From positions 29,140,001 to 29,204,000 of the forward strand of contig OZ076418.1 of assembly GCA_964187785.1 (NCBI GenBank): a stretch of 64,000 nt of DNA, written 5' to 3'. Positions 57,294 through 64,000 of the stretch are shown one piece after another. Numbering within the stretch: position 1 is the first letter of the stretch; each line of letters starts with the position of its first letter. Origin of the DNA: Amphiscolops sp. MND2022 (lineage: Eukaryota). The notes beneath the pieces are model-generated. The model was given only the letters and a program-made list of their open reading frames with translations. It was not told the origin of the DNA and ran no database searches. The position numbers and the translations under genes are program-made.

Positions 57294-60200
57294 TCAAAGA
57301 TTTGAAAAAGGAAAACGATGGACTTTGAAAGCATTTGTTGGTAATGAGGAAACATGTGAAAAAACTAGGTAAATACTAAAATAGGCAGAGTCATAAAAAC
57401 CGAAAGGGAACGAACATCCAGTGATACGGCTGAACACTCTTTTGCTACTAGTTACTCTTGAGCGTTTCTCACAATGTTGTGTTTCAAGCTTCCCTGTGCG
57501 TACACATCGCTTGAGAGACGAGAAAGGACTCCTGATTTCATGCGTTTCTCCAAGCACTAGCTTTTTGAATGCATCAGGGTTGAATGTCTTCTCCGTTGCT
57601 CTGTTGAGAGTAACACCTTTCACCTTGAACATGTTGATTCGAGCCCAGTATCTGTATTCGTACCGGAGAGACAGTAAAATTTCGGTCCTGCACTCCAGAA
57701 TTTGTCGATAGTTATGTTTTCTCCCAGTTCATCTGTCATCTCGCCAAGAAAAGTCCCAGTCTCAATTTCACGTTGTTGGTTTTTGTCGGAGTTCTCCGTA
57801 TACATGATGCTGTCGGTGTCACAATAGATAATTCTTCGGGGTTCTCGTACATTCTCCATATTTTCATACAACACAACACGAGCGTGGGCTGTAGTGAAGG
57901 CTGCTAAAATCACGTTTGTTTTCCTTGATTGATCAGCTGCGTCATCTATCAATTGATACTGAAGCAGCATGAGGTCATCGTCGACTAAGGTTGCGTCAGT
58001 AACACGCTTGGTTTCCGATGTGAAGTATTCAACTACTTCAGAATATTTGTTCACATATTTCGTCTTCGGCATATTTTCACGCATTCCCAAGTAACCCCAA
58101 AAACTATTCAACAAAATTTTAGCAATGAATCGCAGACCTTCATTTCTCGCAATCTTTTGAGGCTCGAGGCGAATTCCTTCTTTCTTTTCAAAGTTTTCTA
58201 GGTAGGAGATACGATGTACACAAAGCTGGTCACTTTTGCTGCATGAAGGAGCATCGTCCGCAGAAAAGCAAGAACATTTCGTTGGCCAACCCGAAGCTTC
58301 CGCCTTGATTTTCAGAAATTTATCGATGTAGTCTTTAAACAGCTGTGACGAACGTTTTTCTCGGCTCCAGCTCCATAGCTTGGACACTTCCAGAACACGA
58401 TAACCCTTTTCTACGGCCAATTTTAGCTCACATGAAACAAAAGTTCCCCAGATTGTCCGCTCAGCAACACCGATGTGAGAACAGCGAGTAGATGTTAATT
58501 CAAGACTCCTCGGGTTTCTCTCAGAAGTCCTATTCTCAACACACGCTCGACACAGTGGGAAAAACAGTTTGGATTGGAATTTGTAAGGTAACACTGGAAG
58601 CAGCAGGTCAGCAGGTGCTAAGACATTGCATTTAACCAATCCGAAGGTTTCATCTAAGATTCGACTCTCGAACTGTGTCAGAGGTATCTGCGAGAGAACT
58701 TTTCTCTGAAACTTTTCAAGACCAGAGAAAGATGTTTCGATGATATCATTGGATGTCTTCAGCATATTTGAATGAGCCTCTTCCAAAACCTTGTCAGTAA
58801 TGTTATTGAGTCCCAGAAACATAGACTCGTTTTCATTACCAGGCAAAGGGTTGCCGTCAGACTGCTTCTTGTTGTCACTTGAAGCGTCAAAATTGAATGC
58901 TTTCGACACACTGATAACATCGGGATGGCCCAGGGATATAAAGATCGAGAGTTCACGAAAAGATAGAGTGAGCAGACGTCCACGTAACGAAAGGTTTCTC
59001 CCTTTGATGTTTTAGACCACCAAGACTTGAAGTTCTCAGTCCTTCCTCCGACGAAGGAATCTCGTGCTTGCAAAGGGTAGTAATTCTTGCTGCTCCCCAC
59101 AACTATTTTGAGCAGATCTATGTTACTATCATCGAAGAGGTCCAATCCTCGGAATGGTGTGTTGGCTGCATCTTCGGTTGAAAATCGATGTGGTGATTTT
59201 GTATTCTCCCCGTTCAACAAATCATTGAATTCACACTCCCAGAAGTAGTAAAGGTGCAATTACCTGAACCGGCGTCCATCCGAAGTAGTGAAGATTCGTC
59301 TAGAATTAATTTGAACTTGAAACCAATTCACTCGGTCAACCACAGTTTGCGTAAACAAATCGCCCATTGTTATCCCGTTTAGTTTACAATTTTTTTCTAA
59401 TCTGTCAGGGTAGCAAGAAGGACATTCATGAAAGAAGCAACCAAAAAACTCGAAAACATACGCTGAGGTAATATCCAACTTGGAACAACCTCTTTCTTCC
59501 ATCAACATTAGCCCCGTCAACTTTGAACTGGCCCAGCTTTTGTTCTTTTCCTATCGCAGACCGTGAGCCATTTCCGGATCGATAAAGCCTTACTGTATGA
59601 TTGCTGGAGCTCTTTCTCGCGACTAGCTCGACCCATTTCAGCCATTGAGAAACAGGGAATGACGTTTTCTCTCTGCCCGAGTACCCGGTAACTGGAATGA
59701 TAGCTATCGAGTCCTCAGGCATGAACAATTGACGGTAGATAAAGTTGCAAGCAGAAGCAGCAGTGCACGCTACTTGGAACGGGTCAATGTCGCTGCAAAT
59801 TTCCATCATTAGTCTGCGATACTCTAGGAAACCATTCTTCAGAAGTTTCACGTCCATTTTCACGTCAGAATCACAATACTCGACTAGTTCTTTTTTAAAG
59901 TCGTACACAAGAGAGTTTTCAAAAAACCATTTGCTTTGCTCATGATGCCACGAGAGGAACTTTTCGACATCAATAGACTTTTTCATGGAGTTAACACCAA
60001 ACAAGCAAGGCGGGGGAAACTGACCAGCAAGGAAAGCAAATGATGTAGTTAGCTTTGGCTCGTTGCTATTGTTGGTGGTGGAATTCAAGACATTTCTGCA
60101 GTGGAAACAGTCTTTTGCTATTGTTTGTCGTAATCTGCAGTTCAAACCTTTGGAACAGGTCAAAAAACTGTGCATGGGCGAGCATTCTGTATTTGCGTCA

Positions 60201-62259
60201 TAACTTAAAGCCTCTTTAGAAGTAAGAAAATGAGGAAAGTATCCTTTCCGTTGTTCGGTTAAGACGAAAATTTTCGCGAAGCTGGATAAAGGAATATGAA
60301 TGAAAAGATATGAGTCAATGAACCTTTTGTTCCCAACTTTCATTGAGACCACTTTGTTACCCCTCAACAAAATTTTTGGGATGAACTTGTGTTGCTGATA
60401 AAGCCACTCCAATATCGGTAAAAAGTCGAAGCCACTACCAAAGTGAGCAACAAACCACTCCTCTTTACGGACTCTAGAGCTGTCGTTGAAAATCTTGTCA
60501 CAAAAGTTTTGGATACAGTCGTACCCCAAATGAACTTCCTGTTGACCTGTCAGCGATTCGGCATCTGGTAGTAAGGGTTTGTGACCACCTTCATTATTAC
60601 AACTTTGATTTGTCTCTATGTCAAAAACCCATACACACTCATCCGGTACTTTTGGTTGTTCGAGGTTTGGACCGTTCAAGTTGAAGCTTTCTGACACTTT
60701 GCGACGTTTGCTGTGCTGTGGTTCGTGTTGTTTAGAACTTTCCGTTACAGACTGCGATCGAGTTCCGTTCAACGAATAGCTGTCACAATCGTCAAAAATT
60801 CTTCATCCTCAACTGTTTGCGGTATTGTTGTAGATTTTTCCTCACTGGAAGAATTAACTTTTTCTCGCTTTCTATTTGGCCTCTGCACAAAACACTGATG
60901 CCGTGTCGACTGGTTCCTCGACGCCTCATGTTCGATTTCATAGTACGATGAGCACACAGTGCAACGTCTTCTCAAACACAAATGATTTGACATAGCGCGC
61001 TTCGCTACTGTTGAGTTACAAACCGGACAAATTGTGTACAGATGACAAACACCCGATTTCATATGACAATCCAAGCACTTCTGAGATCTCAAAGTGAGAT
61101 TACATACATCACAGGAGACCAATAATGTTCGATGTGATGAAAAACTTTCCGATTGATGCAGAGAAAAATCTTGCGGCGTAAAGTTTATAAAACCAGTTCT
61201 GTTGAGGCATCCTGGTTGACGGCACAGCATACATCCGCTAGCTGAACAAAGATGCTTGACTTAAGAAAGAGCTTTGTGACAGCTGTAACAAAAATGACGA
61301 GCATCGAACAGAGCTTTCATTGATGTCACTAGGTCCACATGGCCTCTCTCACTATCGTACAACAAATCAATGTGCTTCTCACTTTGAGAGTTGTAGCTCT
61401 TAAGAAAAGTCCCCAGGAAGTTTCTGTCATACACTGACAAGCAAAATTGTTCGAGTGCTTTGCTCTTACAGAGTTCTTCCAAATCCGCCAAGGTAGAGCG
61501 TCGTTTGGCGGAGAAACCACAACTATTTGCCGACTGATGATTGTTGACGAGTTCCAATACAGTCGAAGAATTGTGTAAGTACTCATCAGCTCGTAGTTCC
61601 TCGATAAAATTCGCCATTTCACTCCTCTGATACGAGGCCTTGTAAAAATTAGTATTCTTCTTGACTTTACCTTCTTTTTTTGCATGAAGCACTCGACCCA
61701 ACGCTAATGCTTTCAGTAGGCAGTCGTTTTCGTCATATGCAACGTGGATAGTAATAATAGACCTTTTTTGCTTTGTAAAGCACTGGAAATCTGGCACGAC
61801 ACGGTTGTGGATACCACCAATTCTTTTGCCACCAATAGAAGGCAAAGACACACTGAGTACATTAACTTTAATGTTGTTGCTAATGTCGAAGGACTCGTTC
61901 GAGTTCACAACCCGATCAATTTCGTTGAGAACGATGTCAACATCGAACAATTCGGAAGGAGAAAAGGGAATGTGGATGGGATAATTGAGGCTAGGAGCAT
62001 TCAGAACCATCCGGATTCTGTGTGAATAACCCGGCAAATCGTTGTTTATTTCTTCCACCAATTGTTTGATGAGATGGTTGAAAATTTCGCGAAGTTTATC
62101 TATAACTGATTCAATGTCTGTAAAGTAAACTTCGTAATCACGACTTGTGGCTCGCAATAAACTTCGTTTCTGGGGCATTCGATTGAAAGAGTAGTAACGC
62201 GATGGGTCAAAATTTGTTGATGGCCCTGGGCTGGAAGGTTCGCTTGAGTTGTCTGCCAT
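57294..62259 (-). pseudogene. polB: Protein-primed family B DNA polymerase (pPolB) with N-terminal extension
   Basis: Exo I VFDIET, Exo II AHFGSGFDF, RFIDSY, KGYFPH, Exo III YCDSDV, GGRTE, YVDVCSLY, KILLNSFWG, YCDTDSI, KVKGVTLN. Broken by in-frame TAA at 61261 and 59260 and by four frameshifts (~60790, ~59500, ~58930, ~57635). Confidence 0.95.
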
Positions 62260-62565
62260 TACTGGACAGTGAAAAACACGAAAAATGATGAGTTTGTGAC
62301 AAGAATACCAGCTGTATTGCGCACAACTAAAAAGTCTTACTCAGTTAAGGTGGTTAACCAAAGTGAAACAAATGATAAGAAGTAGTCAACTAAACTTTCA
62401 CAGATAAATAGATACAAAACATCCGAGGAGTCAAACTGCCTAGAGCCAAAACGAATAATACTGCACTGGACATAGAAAGTATTAAGGGAGTGAAACACAA
62501 CAGACAGTTAGAAGACATGAACGTTAACATACAAAGCGTCTTGGACATTTCAACATTTTAATGGT

Positions 62566-63249
62566 TCACGCAGCTTCGTCAGAGTCACAAAGCACTTCCA
62601 TTGCACATTTTTGAGCTTGTGTGTCAACTTTGTCTAGCATTTGTGACTCTTCGTCACAATAATTATCTTCCTGCACAGTCATTTTCCCTTTCTTGCAGGC
62701 AGACCCCTGATGACCAGCAGATGAAATCTTAGCAGATGAACTATCAGGAATTGAGGGTGGCGATGAAGTGCCCGTTACCAGCTGCATCAACCTGCGATTG
62801 AAGTCACCCGTCTGGGAGGAAGACGATTTAAGATCTTTCGACGTTGCACCAATGCCGAAAAGTTCGCCCAGCTTAGACAATTCGTCCAGGGTCAGCGATA
62901 CATGCCCCTGCTTAACCCAACCATCGTCACTTGGGCTTCCATCGGAATCCATGCTCTTCGGACCCACCGGACCAAAACGAGCCGGTTGTGACATCACAGG
63001 CTTGAAAAGTCGGATACTTACGTACGCGGCATTGTTCGGTTCATAAACTTTCAACCCGACACGAACCCATCTACTGTGGCTGCGGCTTATGTCCCAGTGC
63101 GCGTCGAGATTCTGGGCATCCATCGATGGTGTTACTTTCCATGGAGACACCGAGTTGCTGGGCTGTTTGTTGAACGGGTCACCGCCGCTTCCAGTCTTGG
63201 CAGCCTTCTTCTTGTTACGCACAGAACTCATCCAATGATTTTGATTCAT
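62566..63249 (-). CDS. PC4-like ssDNA-binding protein (putative)
   Basis: RWVRVGLKVY...YVSIRLFK...GHVSLTLDELSKL parallels the PC4 pattern (RYVSVRDF..LIDIREYW..KGISLNPEQWSQL). Confidence 0.55.
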   Translation of the reverse strand: MNQNHWMSSVRNKKKAAKTGSGGDPFNKQPSNSVSPWKVTPSMDAQNLDAHWDISRSHSRWVRVGLKVYEPNNAAYVSIRLFKPVMSQPARFGPVGPKSMDSDGSPSDDGWVKQGHVSLTLDELSKLGELFGIGATSKDLKSSSSQTGDFNRRLMQLVTGTSSPPSIPDSSSAKISSAGHQGSACKKGKMTVQEDNYCDEESQMLDKVDTQAQKCAMEVLCDSDEAA

Positions 63250-63599
63250 GCTGGAAAAAAGACGTAAAAGGTTGGAGACAGCCATTACCGAATAAAAGGT
63301 CTTCAAATAGTAACTTCCTTACTTTCAAGTTTTGATGAATTGGGTGGGAAGAAATGTGACGCGTGGTTCAGAAGCGAATCAATCGGAAGAAACAGCAGAT
63401 CACAGAATAATCTGAAAAGGATCCAAATGTTATGGACTGAAACACAAAGAGTTCGCTTCAAATAAAGAAATGTCAAAAAGTACTGACGAGAAAAAAATTC
63501 CAGGGTACAAGTGAACTTCTACAAAATATAGTAAGTAAAACAAAAACAAATAAAGTCATATACGCACAACACACAAAAACACACACATATGCTATACAG

Positions 63600-63966
63600 G
63601 AACCACCATGTACTTTGCGTTTAAATACTCAGCTGCTTTCATACAGTCACAAGCTTCCTCATCTCTTCCTTGATGGAGCAGTACTGCGGCCATGAGGCGA
63701 TACGCTTGCTCCAACAATTAAATAATGGAGAATTGCAGAAATTGAGGCACGGCGCGGAACTTGACCTCTTCCATCAACTTCAACAGAATGTCTCTGTTTT
63801 TCAGAGCAACAGACAGTGCTTTCTCCGGTTCAAGAAATTTTCTGATGGACCATGAATCCAAAGAGGACTGTACAGTCTGCAACTTCGTCATCAAGCAGTC
63901 ATCAATGGAAATATATTGCTGCATTGTGAACAACAAAATGTCTGAAATTACATCATGGTTAAACAT
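63600..63966 (-). CDS. Unknown Polinton-associated ORF, possibly frameshifted
   Basis: 82-aa ORF 63718-63966 with a plausible continuation in another frame (LLEQAYRLMAAVLLHQGRDEE...). Confidence 0.3.
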
Positions 63967-64000
63967 TTAGCCGTTATTACTTCTAAGCAAACATCGACAT

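Larger units (their letters stand above)
46514..64000 (-). mobile_element. Endogenous Maverick/Polinton (adintovirus-like) element, termini not seen
   Basis: Co-oriented cluster of pPolB, packaging ATPase, rve integrase, minor capsid, basic core protein, double-jelly-roll major capsid and adenain protease, with tight or overlapping gene junctions and no introns. Confidence 0.93.

Noticed and set aside
57294-62259. PolB breaks explained by introns or programmed recoding
   Set aside because: Breaks are single-base indels or in-frame TAA codons without flanking splice signals; decay or sequencing error is simpler.

Overview
AT-rich eukaryotic (invertebrate-type) genomic DNA; the species cannot be fixed from sequence alone. 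All family calls come from motif recognition and hand translation, not from database searches. Four main blocks. (1) 0.6-18.3 kb: a minus-strand 13-exon IRSp53/BAIAP2-family gene (I-BAR/IMD, SH3, poly-Pro, WH2-like C-terminus; about 625 codons with all splice phases consistent). Its introns carry MITE-like hairpins, a tRNA-like repeat and a three-level transposon nest. (2) 20.4-27.4 kb: a defective BEL/Pao LTR element with a 5-bp TSD, an extra LTR and a duplicated 359-bp flank. (3) 29.2-45.8 kb: a structurally complete 16.6-kb Ty3/Gypsy element (1.75-kb TG...CA LTRs, GCTCG TSD). Besides gag-pol it carries a spliced antisense gene of at least 1000 codons (BED-type finger plus apparently catalytically dead hAT-transposase-like body), a third sense ORF, and arrays of CCGCAT/ATGCGG palindromic motifs in its non-coding regions. 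This cargo module is the best candidate for an undescribed system. (4) 46.5-64 kb: an endogenous Maverick/Polinton (adintovirus-like) element with all core genes on the minus strand (protein-primed PolB, packaging ATPase, integrase, minor and major capsid, adenain protease, basic core protein, PC4-like protein, membrane proteins). It is partly pseudogenised, its termini were not found, and it probably continues past the right edge.
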